NCBI RefSeq assembly: GCF_009914755.1
Contig: NC_060931.1
DNA: 64,000 nucleotides
Reading direction: 5' to 3' (one strand)
Source: the human T2T-CHM13v2.0 reference genome, Homo sapiens
Positions 28,851 to 42,663 of the stretch are shown here, in pieces (the stretch's first letter is position 1; every line of letters begins with the position of its first letter). Below the pieces are notes generated by a model. That model ran no database searches. It saw nothing but the letters and a program-made list of their open reading frames with translations, and was not told where the DNA came from. The position numbers were made by a program, and so were the translations under genes.

Positions 28851-29525
28851 ATCATAACACAAGTAGATATAAATATAACCAGTGGTAGGGTTTTTTTAGA
28901 GGCTGTATTATTTTTTAAGAATTTAAAGCTTTAAACCCAAATTTCTACTCAGAAAGATGAGCATTGTAATTTGATGAGATTACCCTTAGAATTCTTGCCA
29001 GTCAATGACTGCTTTTACACCAACTTACAGATTGTGCTGTGTTCAAATACATACTGAGGGGAATCTGATGAACTGACTGGCAACAGTCTTCAAATTCTTA
29101 AAGGTGAGGGGAAGAGTGCATCAGGTAAGAGCAAAGCTCCCGGAATCGGGATATCCAGGTCTGAATCTTGACTCTGCTGTGTCCTTGAGTGAGCTACTCA
29201 ACTTGTCTACACCTCAGTTTCTTCATTCGTAAAATGAAGCTATGGTAGCTTCTACCTTATATGACGATTGACTGATAGGCTCCATGTTGAGTGTAAATTA
29301 AATAGTGCCTGGATAAGTACTCACTAAAGAATCGTGTTTTTTTTTTATTGTAAATTTCCAAAGAGAATGTTTTATACTTTTTAAAAAGTGTTTTTATTCC
29401 CCAATGCCCCTAACAGGAAATGACACCATCATTGTTACATGAGAAAATGATAAATGTTTTGAGAGGTCAATGTTCCACCCCAACTCATTCTCAGTGTTAC
29501 TATTTTCACCAGGAAACAGTAGAAG

Positions 29526-30461
29526 TGACACAGGAGGTGGCCAGGGAAGTGCTGGGTAGACAAGGGTGGGGTTCCTGGCGAGGGCTCCACCCTCAGGCTT
29601 GTGCCCATGGACCTAAGTAAGAACAGGCACCCCTGTTTTCATGCCCAAATGTTGCATTTTCCAAGACCACTCTGGCCTGCCACACCCCCATCCTGTGCCC
29701 ATAAAAACCCTGAGACCCTAGCGGGCGTGGACACAAGCAGTTGGACGTTGAGAGGAGCAGAGGAGCAGAAGAGCGCACCGACAGACACCAGCAGACAACA
29801 GCAGGCCATTGAGGCAAGACGATGCAGAAAATTCGGTCGGGGCAGTCAGAGGAGAGTCCAGCCGCTGGACAGCCTGACTCCAGGGGAAGACCGCCTTCCC
29901 ACTCCATCCCCCTTCTGGCTCCCCATCCACCTTGCTGAGAGCAACCTCCACCACACAATAAAACCTTGCACCGATCTTCCAAGCCTACATGTTATCCGAT
30001 TCTTTCCGGTACGCTAGGGCAAGAACTGAGGATACAGAGGCCCTCTGTCCTTGTCATACGGCAGAGGGTCTAATTGAGCTGGTTAACACAAGTTGCCTGC
30101 AGACGGCAAAACTGAAAGAGCACACTGTAACACATGCCCACTGGGGCTTCAGGAGCTGTAAATACTCAACCCTAGGCACTGCTGTGAGGTCGGAGCTCCA
30201 TGGGTACCTTTTAACCACAAGTTTCAGCATTTCTTTTCAAGGAGAACTTATGCCTGGAAATATGGATGGAAGATGAACCGAGGACTCGTCTTTAACACCG
30301 CATGCTACTCTACTAAAGACTGAGAAAAATGTCAGTTGTCCGGAGCTCCCCACGACCTGTCTGCATGCTCCCCCTAGGGGTTTGAGCAGTGGGACACTGA
30401 ACATGCGAGCCGCACATCTGTCGCATGTCCTGCCAGGGAGATAAGGAAACTTTCTGTTTCA
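29526..30461 (+). mobile_element. LTR1-family (HUERS-P2, ERV1) solo LTR carrying a foreign 141-bp insertion
   Basis: TG...CA termini; 4-bp TSD GAAG (29522-25, 30462-65); AATAAA 29957-62; LTR1 motifs 'gcccaaatgttgcattttccaagaccac' and 'gggtctaattgagctggttaacacaag'. Confidence 0.88.
30200..30340 (+). repeat. Templated copy of 32265-32406 inserted in LTR1
   Basis: About 91% identical to 32263-32407 (12 substitutions + 1 indel by hand count); flanked by duplicated cggagctcc (30191-99, 30341-49). Confidence 0.92.
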
Positions 30462-30660
30462 GAAGTTCTACTTTGAGGCAAAACCAGGCCTCACATGGGC
30501 AAGAACATTGCTAGACCTCAGGCCTTGCTCTTAAACCGCAGCTGCGTACCCCAGCCCTGCACGGGAAGTGGGGAGGAGCTCTTGCTTCTTCCCACAACAA
30601 ACAGGTTCTCACCTGTGCAGCTCCTGTGAATTACATGACATCAATGTGTATGTAGGTTCT

Positions 30661-30985
30661 TTTTTTATTTTTTTTTATTTTTACTATTTTTATTTTTATT
30701 TTTTGAGATGGAGTCTTGCTCTTTCACCCAGGCCGGACTGCAGTGGCGCTATCTCGGCTCACTGCAAGCTCCGCCTCCCGGGTTCATGCCATTCTCCTGC
30801 CTCAGCCTCCTGAGTAGCTGGGATTACAGGCGCCTGCCACCACGCCCGGCTAATTTTTTGTATTTTTAGTAGAGATGGGTTTTCACCGTGTTAGTCAAGA
30901 TGGTCTCGATCTCCTGACCTCGTGATCTGCCCGCCTCGGCCTCCCAAAGTGCTGGGATTACAGGCGTGAGCCACCGCACCCGGCC
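30661..30985 (-). mobile_element. AluY-lineage element
   Basis: AluY diagnostics plus the variant GATAGCGCCACTGCAGTCCGGCCTGGGTGAAAGAG; ~19-bp TSD caatgtgtatgtaggttct. Confidence 0.95.
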
Positions 30986-31551
30986 AATGTGTATGTAGGT
31001 TCTATCTTTTAGGGAAAGACACTGTAATGTGGAGCATTTCTCTTCAGAATCTACTTAAAACCAGATATTTCAGTTATTAGAGTGAATTAAAACTATTAAG
31101 TAGCACATAAAATATATTTTGACCAGTCAAACCTAATTGTAGACTGTTAGTGTAGACACCCATCAGCACACCTACACTCTCACAGACACAAGAGTATCTG
31201 TTTGTCTCTGTTGATATGGTTGGGAAGTTTTGCTTTGTGACCTGGGGAGTAGAACCAAGTGTTGCTGAGACAGCTAAGAACCAAGAGGAGGAGGTTGGAA
31301 GGATGGTATGGATTATCTTCCTTCCTAGCTCTTTGGATTTGGTTTTAGACCCCAATGGTTAGATGCATAAGAGCCAGAAAGCAGGGAAACTGTCCACAAA
31401 AAACCCTTTATGGTTCTCAGTTCCAAGCATCATTGCTTCAGCTCCCAGGTGACAAAGTGTAGCTCAGTGCTGAGATGAGAGGCCATTTTCCCTGCTTGTG
31501 CATAAAACCCCCTCTGCTTTGACAACCTGAGGACTGGCTGGGCTGGCAGGC

Positions 31552-32673
31552 CACTACAAGATGCATGGCACTAGCTTCCTCTTCTTAGGTGAGAGTCACC
31601 TGGGGTATGGACAGTGGGTCCGGCACTGGGGCAAGCACAGCAACCACCCTAACAGACTCCTCCCAGAATCTCACACACTTCCAATGGACCAGCTTTCCCT
31701 CACCCCCACCAGGCAGCACAGGGCAGGACTGTGTTTTGAGCTTAATCAGCACTGCTTTCATGATGGGCTGTGACAACACTGAGGATTTCCATGTGGCCCT
31801 GCAGAAAGCAGACCTGGAGGAACCAGAGCAGGAGAGAAAGGACCAGGTGGATCCATGCGGTTATGGCAGCTGGTTTATAAGCACGAATGACACACCCCAT
31901 TGGAGACGCCCAGAAATAGCTGGAGGACACTGAGGTCAAGCTAAGAGTATGTTGTTACCTTTGTAATTTGGACATCAAAAGGAAATGTAACCTGATTTTA
32001 TATGGTCTGGAGAGACCTGGACATGCTGTAATTAAACTATAATTGCAATTAATGGGCTACTTTGTGAGTAACCTAATCTCATGAAAAAAATGGGTGGCTT
32101 ACAATAAAATAAGGAGATTGGTGACTTATAATAAAATAAGGGGATGACAGCCATAGCTGAAACATCTATAAATTTGGAAAACCAAGACTCAAGCAAAAAA
32201 CATTTGAATTGAATTATGCAAAAAAGAGGAAAAATACAAGCTCTGGAAGAATGAAGCCTGCGCCATGGGTACCTTTTAACCACAAGGTTCAGCATTTCTT
32301 TTCAAGGAGAACTTATGGCTGGAAATATGGATGGAAGCTGAACAAAGGACTTGTCTTGAACATTGCACACTACTATACTAAAGACTGAGAAAAATGTCAG
32401 TTGTTCCTATCAAAGGATGAGGGGGTTGATGGACATCAGCACCTTTGGCATCATTGTTGATTCCAGAGTGTCCTTAGTTTTTGAGCCACCTCCAAGCAGC
32501 CTTGTCAATCACTGCAAGATGCATGCCACTGGCTTCCCCCTCTCAGGCGAGAGCCACCTGGGGTACAGACAGTGGGTCCAGCACTGTGGGAGGCATGGCG
32601 ACAGCCCTCACAGACTCCTCCCATAATTTACACACACTTCCAATAGACTGGCGACCCCCACACCCCCACCAGG
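31552..32673 (+). repeat. Dispersed direct duplication of ~162 bp (31552-31713 vs 32510-32673)
   Basis: Both copies run from 'cact(a/g)caagatgcatg' to 'cacccccaccagg'; roughly 75-80% identity by eye. Confidence 0.88.
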
Positions 32674-33484
32674 TTCCAATGAGAAACACTTTCTAAAGAA
32701 CTCTCTCTTGTTAGAACAGCTTCCCTGAGCACAGGAACCAAGGAAGCAATCAGCATCAGCTCAGCTTGACTGTCCCCTACTGCCTGTGCATGTCCCTCCA
32801 GTAACTAAGCTGTTTTTACTCAACTTTTGGGTGTTAGCTGGTGAGTCATGGCCTCAAGGGAGCCTACACTGACTAGACTAGGCCTGGTGTTGCCCTCTTT
32901 ACTTCTTCATAATGAGTAAAGGTTGACACAAATTGTGTATTTAATTATTGCAGATAACACAGAGAGGGATCATGCCCATATTGATAGCCCTTCAAGGCCT
33001 AGCATAGTGCCTGGAACATGGTAAATAGTAACATTTATGAATGTCAGCATCTCTGCAGAGCTTTCCCTACATGGATTACAGCTTAGGCTAAAGCACTTGA
33101 TATATTGCCCACTCCTGCTGTTAATATTTTTAACTAGTTATTTTTCATATTATATAAGCAACATGTGAATACAAGTTCATTGTAAAAAAAATCAAACTCA
33201 TATAAAAGCTATAGTCTTTTATATGTAAATGATGCCACAATAAAGCTACTTTTTAAAAAGCCGCGATCCTCCTTCACAACTCCACACCAGCCCAGTCCCA
33301 TTCCTTTCCCAGACACACACTCCACTCTTAACAGTTTCATGTGTAAACTTCTAGATCTTCTTCTGTGTGTTTTCATACATGTACATATCTTCATACATTA
33401 TGTGCTTTCATACATGTATATTCAGATGAATACTCATATATTTGTGTTTTTGCACATATATACATTGTGCACATACATTCAGAG

Positions 33485-33962
33485 TGTTTTAGTCAGAGTG
33501 CAATCAGAAGGCAGAGCAGTGCTAGATATGACATTGCAAGCAGAGGGAATTTAACAGAGATGGTGGGGGAGTTCAGTGGCCACAGAACAGCAGGAAGCCA
33601 CTATCAACCCTGGAGCTGGAGGGACAGAGGGAGGAAGCAGAGTTACCAGAGCCCAGGAGCTTGGGTCAACTGGAAGAATCTGGGACCATGGCAGCACTTC
33701 CAGCTAAATCTGGAGCAGTAGAGGAAGAGGCTATCTGACAGTAGGTGGAGACATGGACGAGACCTATCAGACACCATGTGAAGCAGGGAGAAAGGGAGAC
33801 ATAACCTGTCTTCTTCCCTCCTCTCATTCTCCAGTGTCTGTCACTGGCTCTCCTTAGCCAGTCTGGAAATGAGCCTGGAAAATGTAGTTCCCAAGGATAC
33901 AAAGCCCAGATAGAGGATGGTCTGGAATGGATCTGAGAGCAAGCAGACAAAAGGCCAGCACA
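33485..33962 (-). mobile_element. LTR33-like ERVL LTR
   Basis: 'cagagggaatttaa...aacagcaggaagccactatcaaccct...ggagggacagaggg...ttaccagagccc...aaatgtagttccc'. Confidence 0.7.
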
Positions 33963-35753
33963 TGAAGTTGAAAATAAAACACATAAATAGCATCATGGTA
34001 TATGTAATGTTCTAAATTTATCACTTACCATTTTTACAGAGATAAAATCTGGTTAAAATGGCCATTGAGAGCAGGCTTGATCCACAGAATGAAAGGTACA
34101 GCAGGAGAGCACAGAGGCAGACAGCAAGGAAAGACATGCTACAGAAGGGCAGCCCAGGGGCTGGGGTGGGTGCAGGTCTTGTTCCTTGGGAACCAGGCCT
34201 GATCTGCTCTGCAGAGTGGGAGGAGGGCAGGAGTATGAGATGACCATTGCCCAGCAGTAGTATCAAAGACTCAGAGAGTTTACAGCCTGAAGGAAACTTA
34301 GGTCTCCCATTTCAACTCATGACTTCTACAGAATAAGGAACTGAAAAGCAGAAAGTGATGGGCCCGGCAACCCAAAGTATCTCAGCTAGTTTTTTTTTTT
34401 TTTTTGTCATTTTTGGTTTTTTGGGGCATGGTGGAGGAGGTGTTAGGGGACAGTTTAGCACCAATGCCTCCTCTTCCTGCTGTGAGTCACCGAGCAGCCT
34501 AGCAGAAAAGCTGTGAGGAGAAATGAGAAGCTCTAGAGGCAATCAAGCTCATCTGTCCTGCTGGGGGGCCAGTGTTAGACACCTGACATGTCTTAAAAGC
34601 GGAGTCACCAAAGGACATCTTTTTCTTAGAAACTCCCCTAGCCTCCAGAGTCTGGTTTTAAACTGTCTGTGGCATAATCTCAGAGCCTCCAGCAGGTCTC
34701 AGGGACTGTGCTAGATACAAAGATGAATGAGATAAGATAATGAACAAGAGACATATTTCCAGGAGCTCTGAGCCTCACAGGGAATCAGAAGTGAATAAAA
34801 GGGAGCATGATGCAATGTGATAAATATAATACCTATGGCACAGAAGAGGAGTTGATAATTGCTGGGGGAAGCAAGAGCAGGGAGCTGGGAAAAGAAAGCT
34901 TCACAAAGGTAACCGCAGGGAAAGTGTTGAAGGAGGAATAGGAGCTTTTCAGAACACTAACCCCAATGTTAATAACTGAATTAGACCAACCTTCCCCAAA
35001 GACCACTATTATTCCTCAAGGATTTACACAGAAACTGTTCTTATCCCATTTACCTCTTATTACATAATGGGAACCCCCCACCCACCCACACACACACACA
35101 CATATTTGAAAGTATATGATAGATGAAATGAGTTCACTGCCCCATCAACCATGATCGGCAGGGCCAGATTAAGATCTTCAGAGACTCTGGGCACTGCAAA
35201 GTTGATGGTGCTTCCATACGTAATTTAATGTAGGAAACAATGCCATCATGCACATGCCTGTAAAGAAGTCCAGCAAAGTTCTGGTTTTTCCTACAATGAC
35301 ACATTTTAGATGTTTTTCAAAATATCAAATAGCCAACATCACCCATGTAATGGTACTGGGATTCTTTTGGTGCCCCTGCTCTGCCAGTGCCCATGCCTGC
35401 TTATGGGTGACCCTGCACTGATGAGGCAGCCCCTTCCCACGCCAGAAACCCCAGGTGGGGTTGGCCTCATAAGTTCATATTCCTATTCTTAACCAAATGG
35501 ACTTAAAGTTGTTCTTTCACTTCCCCATATATCACATGCATTATGACTTTGTTCTTTATCCCTTTCTGTCAACAAACACTCAACCTGCAACCCACGAAGG
35601 CCGTCTGAAGGTCTAGTGGTCTGGTTAACCATAAAGAAAGACTGGTGTGAGAAATGCTATTTTCTTATACTAAGCTCAGCTGCTTGTAGCAAGAGGAAGA
35701 CCATGTGACAGTGAGGTGTTTATGAGCACAGGCTTTAAAAACAGCCATGGTTT

Positions 35754-36062
35754 AGCCGGGCGCAGTGGTTCATGCATGTAATCCCAGCACTTTGGGAGGC
35801 TGAGGTGGGCAGATCATGAGGTCAGGAGCTCGAGTCCAGCCTGACCAACATGGTGAAATCCCATCTCTACTAAAAAAAATACAAAAATTAGCCAGGCATG
35901 GTGGCACACGCCTGTAATCCCAGTTACTCAGGAGGCTGAGGCAGGAGAATCGCTTGAAACCTGAGAGGCAGAGATTGCAGTGAGCCAAGATCGCGCCACT
36001 GCACTCTAGCCTGGGAGACAGAGCAAAACTCCATCAGAAAAAAAAAAAGAAAAAAGAAAAAA
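35754..36062 (+). mobile_element. Alu (AluS) in a MIR
   Basis: Dimer; TSD aaaaacagccatgg. Confidence 0.95.
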
Positions 36063-36179
36063 CAGCCATGGCTGGGTTCAACATTTGCTCTTTCACTTAA
36101 CCATACGATCTTGGGCAAGTTACTTTACACCTGTAAATCCAAATTTTATCATCTATAAAATGTGCTTAATAATAGCACC

Positions 36180-36483
36180 AGCCGGGCGTGGTGGCTCGCG
36201 CCTGTAATCTCAGCACTTTGGGAGGCCGAGGCAGGTAGATCACCTGAGGTCAGGAGTTCGAGATCAGCCTGGCCAACATGGTGAAAACTCATCTCTACTA
36301 AAAATACAAAAATTAGCCGGGGGTGGTGGCGGGCACCTGTAATCCCAGCTACTCGGGAGGCTGAAGCAGGAGAACAGCTGAACCCAGGAGGCAGAGGTTG
36401 CAGTGAGCCAAGATTGCGCCACTGCGCTCTAGTCTGGGTGACAAGAGCAAAACTCTGTCTCAAAAAAAAAAAAAAAAAAAAAA
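36180..36483 (+). mobile_element. Alu (AluSq/Sx-like) in the same MIR
   Basis: Dimer with A tail; TSD aa(t/c)agcacc. Confidence 0.95.
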
Positions 36484-36509
36484 CAGCACCTACCTCCTTA
36501 CCTCATGAA

Positions 36510-37085
36510 GTAATTTGTTGAACAAATATTTAGTATACTCTTACTATGTGCCAGGCACTATCCTTGAACAGGGGATACAGCAGTGAGCAAACAAAATCTT
36601 TGCCCTAGAGCTTACATTCCAGAGGAAAAAGATAGACAAAAAAAAAAAATAGATATCATGTATATATTTAATTATATATAATTATATATCATGTTACAAG
36701 GAAAGAGCTAGGCAGCATTGGGGAGAGCTTTCATTTTAGATGGAGTGACCAAGAGCCTGAGTGATAAGGTGACTCTATGGACATGAAAGTGACAGGTAGG
36801 CACCAGGGGGACAGCCTTCCAGGCAGGGGGAACAGTCTGCACAGAGGCCCTGAGGCAGAAGCAAGCCTGAATGTTTGAGGAACAGTGAGTATGGCTGGAG
36901 TCAACCGAAGGTGGAGCACAGTGGAGGAAAATGAGGTCAGAGAGTAGGAGACTGAAGGGTTTTGAGCACAAGGGTGGCACGGCATGACACGTGTTTTAAT
37001 AGAATCTCTCTGGCTGCTGGGTTGAGAATACACTTAGGAGGGTAAGGGTGGAGACAAGGAAACCAATTAAGAAACGACTACCATG
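36510..37085 (-). mobile_element. L2 LINE fragment
   Basis: 'aacaaatatttagta...tactatgtgccaggcact...gaggccctgaggcagaag...tccaggtgagagatgatg'. Confidence 0.75.
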
Positions 37086-38439
37086 ATCCAGGTGAGAGAT
37101 GATGCATGTGATGTCCTTACCTTAGCACCTGACATGAAACCAACTCTGGATAAGGATTCTCATTAGTGTCCTATTGTGACCCGAATCCACACATGCATAG
37201 CTGGCAAAGGAAGATCTCAGATTTGTTTTCTTTTCTGCATCTTTCTCAACCATCCATCTACTACCATCATCATCATTTTCCCTAATCTTCTTAAACCCCA
37301 TCCTTAATATTCTTCCCCCTTTCTTCTCTCTCTGCCTCCTTCTCATTCTGTTATCTTCCTTTTATTACTATAATGTTTTTTCTGGGCACAGTTTTGAAGA
37401 TTTGTTTTGAATCTTGAAGAGAGAGCAGCAAGCCTTTTGGCCTATGGATTCCAAGAGTCACATTCCAACAGGTGATATCAAAAGGACAAGGAAGCAGGGA
37501 GGGGTGACTTGCACGGAAGGTGCCCAGTGAGATGTCTCTGCCATGGAGATTGTGCTGATGCCACAAGCAAAGCGTTTGTACCCCTCTCATCCACAAGAGA
37601 AGTCCCTCCGGGTATTTCAGATGATACCTGAAAGGATGATAAGGCAGGGAATCAGAGGCTGACACCGCTATTGGATGGACTGGGGGAGTGAAGACCAAAA
37701 GGTCATTTTCAGGAAAAAAATAAATTAGGAAGTACAGGGATAAGACAGAAGCCACCACCAATAACTCCACACCTACAGCTCCAAAGCATGTGATTCAGAA
37801 GGATCCTTGTTGATATTGGCCATCACCTTGTGTCACAATACCAGGTGAGTTGTCACAGTGGAAAGCAGGGGTATTCCCAGAAGCCATTCTGACAATGGGA
37901 CTAGTAGAAATGACTTAACTATACACAGAATTGTCTATGAATCACATAAATGTATCCCACAAAAGTCAAACTAAATATGTCCCCAACTCAACTTCCCCTT
38001 GGCCAGAGCCCCAGGATACCCTTGGCCACTCTAATCCCCCACAAGATGACAAAAGGAAAGTCAGAGGCCTCAAGTAATTGTGATTTAAAATCCCTTTTGC
38101 CAATGTTACAAAAACCATCTGACCCAGTGTACACATTGCCTGGGCCTGGGAAGGGGTTCTGCAAGGGAGAACTTCAGAAACTTAACCTCCTGGAAAATCA
38201 GCTTTTGCCTAGAACAGAAGTAATTTACCTTCATGCCCAGAGAACTGATTCTATTATAGGAAGGGGATTTATTAGCCATTGTTTGTAGCAATAATGTTTT
38301 ATTCAGCTTAGAACTTGCTAATAATATTACTAGATGATTAATTAATACAGTTTGAATTACTAGATAAGAAGCCACTTTTTGTAACATTTACACTCTGACT
38401 TCTGATTCACTCCCTTTTAAATCAGTCAGTCCCAAACTC

Positions 38440-39260
38440 ATTCATTCGACAAAAATTTATTGAGGGCATACTTTCTGCAGGCACTGTGCTAAACTCAAAT
38501 GGTGGGGAAAGTAAACACAGACCCTGCCTCCATGGGACCCTCAGGGGAGGAGACACATAAACAAATAATCAGACAAGTATATAGCCACTGGGCTAGACAG
38601 GAAAAGTTCAGGGTCCTGTGAGAGTAGGACAGGGGGTCCTAACCTAGTGGGGGTGACAGGAAAGACTGAGATCTGAAGGATTCATTCTTTCAACAATTAT
38701 TTTTGAATGCCTACCTCTTGTCCAAACAGTGCTAAGGCCTGGAATAAGGTAAGCAAAAGCTGCAGAGTTCCTGTCTTCTGTCTTCCTAGAACTGGAGGAG
38801 ACATTGTCAGATAATCCGATTGCATCTGTCTGTAAATTACAACCTAATAATGGCCTCCATGAAGGGGGATGCAGGGGCATATGTGAGGATATGTAAGGAG
38901 GGTTGGCGCAGCAGGGACAGGCTTTCTAAAGGGGGCCACAGGGTTCTGAGAGCCAGAGACAGAGTTAAATGGATGGGTAAGAAGGGGGGAAGGCATCTGG
39001 GAGTATTCCAAGCAAAAGGAACGGTGAGCAAGGGCCCGGGAGTGGGAGAGAGCACGTAGGAGGGAGAAAAAGACAAAAAGAGCCCTGTGTGGCTGGGGTG
39101 GCTCCAGGTGAAAGTACAACTACATGGGGCTGGATAAATAAGAATGGGCTGGTGTGCCTCAAACTCATGGGAGCACCGGAAAAGTTTGGAGCAGTGGAGA
39201 GGCATGGCCCAACTGGCATTTAAAGGGAACACTCTGGCTGCAGCAAGAATATTGGATTAC
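38440..39260 (-). mobile_element. L2 LINE fragments
   Basis: Two L2 3'-end motifs ('cattcattcgacaaaaatttattgag', 'ttcattctttcaacaattatttttgaatgcc'). Confidence 0.6.
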
Positions 39261-39809
39261 AAGGGTTGCTTTGGCAGTAACTGCATCCTAATTACTTCCC
39301 TCTTTCTCACTTTCTTTTCCAGTGGCCGCAGAGATTTAAATAAATGCATCCCAGATACAGAGTTAAAAGCATGCCAACAATGAGGGCTGTGTGGTTTGGA
39401 GAAGAGCAGAAGAGCACACTGCTTTCAGTCAGGCAGAGGCAGATTAGATTGCCTGCCACCTCCAGTGGGATGGTGGCTCCGGACAGTCACTCACCTTCTC
39501 TAAAACCCACCTCCACCTAGTCTATAAAATGCAGAGAACGAACAATGCCTACTCCACTGAATTGTATGAGCATTAGAAAGGGTGTGTGCAAATCACCTGA
39601 CATTTGGCAGAATTCATTACATGCCAGCTGTTATTGAAAGTAATTGAAATGTTGTCAAGCTAGTCAGAGGAAGATTTCTAACTAAAAGCTATACTAGCGA
39701 AAGCACTGAGAATAGAGTGTGATATCTCCTATTAAAAAACACATACGTATACATAATACATGTATGTAAATACTCAATATTTTTATAGATAGTTGTCTAA
39801 TGAGATCAT

Positions 39810-39905
39810 TAAAATATATACATATACACAATAAAGTTGAAAAGTTTTCTCAATAAATAAAATATATACATATACACAATAAAGTTGAAAAGTTTTCTCA
39901 ATAAA
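39810..39905. repeat. Perfect 48-bp tandem duplication
   Basis: taaaatatatacatatacacaataaagttgaaaagttttctcaataaa occurs twice (39810-39857, 39858-39905) with no mismatch. Confidence 0.97.
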
Positions 39906-42069
39906 TTATATTGTACAAGAATTGCCTTAGATTTGGGCTTTTCCTGTATGCAATCATGCCCTGGAGGAACTGAGCTCATTTCTTAGCCTGTCTATCTATC
40001 CCCAACATTAACTTCTCGAAAATGATTTTATTTATCTCTTTCTCCAGAGCCTACTATGGAGCCTGGCACTCAGTAGTAGGTGCTCAGTAAATACTTGCAG
40101 AATGGAAAAATAGCTAAATAACAAATGAATAAATTTATTAATCTGTCAACTGTATTTTATAAACCCAAATCAAGACACATCGTCTGTTATATGGAATATG
40201 AGTGTCTTAGAGAGAACTTGACATGAAATATTTGAAATTCAGACTGTCCTGGAAAATTCAGGACATATGATCAGCATATATCCTCAAATAGCTGAACATC
40301 TTTTAAAGGAGTTGCAACAAATAACTATAACAGGTTCCACTGTGGGCTTGTGTTACACTTATTTTTGAACATAAAAATTGTTCCAAGTCCTATGTTCGTG
40401 GTAGAAGCAACAACCTAGAAGATTTTAAAGGAGTTCTGTTTAACCACGACACAACGACTCAGGATCAGCTTTTTTCTTATCTTGCTCACTATAATTAGTT
40501 GCCTTGATCAGACCTCTACTGACACAAAAAGAGCAAGTGAAACAGCCATACATTTTGTTTGTTAAGCACAGCTGAGGCTAGCTCAACAGAGTGTCAATTG
40601 AAGGGAATAAAATATGCAGCAAAGTTGGGAGAATGGGAACAAAGAATCCAGTATGACAATTTACAGGAGAGCTAAACAAGCTTTCAAAACAGCATCACAA
40701 AGGTAAAAAGCCTCAATAATGTAGAAAAGAGATAAATTGGAAAAGAAAGCTTGAGAGGAGCTGGAAGGACTAATTTAAAATCAATGAAGAAATTTAAGAC
40801 TTTGTTTTAAATGAACTTTTTTTAAAGTCAGGTTTATTGAAATACAATTTATATACAACAAAATGTACCCTTTTAGTGTATAGTGCTACGAGTTTTGACC
40901 ATTGCATATAGTTGTATAGTTGCCATCACAGTCAAGACATGGGAGAGTATACATTTTCTAAAACTATATATGTGTGTATTCTCAAAATGTTTGATAATGA
41001 GATTATATTACTTTATAACTAGAAAAAATACTTATATATTATAAATATGTACTAAATACATACATACAAAGTCTGTTTCCAAAGCCCATTCTCTTTGCTG
41101 AGCAAGGAGGAGGAAAGGTAGGGGACACAGTTTAGAAGGAAATGAAAGAAAGCTTCCTCCTCTTAGCAACTGGGATTCATTCAGAAATGAGAAACCATGA
41201 ATCAAATTTACCAAAAGACCTGGAGCACAGCTCTGCTGTCTCTAGAGCTCATCACAGTCTAACATCTCCACTTTCAAAATGTTGTTGAGCACAGATATTA
41301 TTCCAAAGTGCTGAAGATGAGCCCTGGAGGCCTATCAAGCCCACTGAGACCACTCCAGACCCACAGACCATCCACGTAAGCATCTTCCTGTCTCTTCCCA
41401 CATCTCCAGAAAATCAGGTAGGAACAAGCTAATCATTCTTATGGGCAAGTGAATGCATGGCAGCCTTTCACTGTACTGAGGAGGCAGGAACATGAATAAT
41501 GAGGCCAAAGCCAAAGGGAACACAGATCCAAATACAGGTCACATTTGAATACAGAAGCAATCCATAGACAGAGATAAAATATTTGCAAATCATATGACAA
41601 AGAATTCATATCTAGAATGTGTAAAAAGCTCCTATATCTCAAAAATTTTTAAAAACCAACATGGATTGACTTTAACAAACAGTTCGTTAAGGAAGATACA
41701 TAAATGTCCCATAACCACTTTAAAAGATGCTCAACATTGTTAATCATTAGGGAAATGCAAATTAAAGCCACAACATGATAACTACTGCTCACATGAATGG
41801 CTAAAATAAAGGAAAGACTGCACTAAATGTTGAGACAACACAGGACAATCTGAACTCTCATACACTGTTGGTAGTGCAACCACTTTGTGAAGAGGTCTGA
41901 CAATTTCTTATGTGACTAAACACATACCTGCCCTATGACCCAGCAATTCCTCTCCTAGGTAGATAGCCAAGAGTTACGCAAGCATTTCCACAAAGAAACT
42001 TACACAAAAACCATCATAGCAGGTTTAATTGCTAAACAAACTAAGGCATACTCATACAATAGAATACTA

Positions 42070-42663
<594 letters not shown>

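Noticed and set aside
41145-41410. Plus-strand frame open apart from one TGA (MRNHESNLPKDLEH...PTSPENQ) ending at a donor-like site
   Set aside because: No recognisable homology; this length is within chance expectation.
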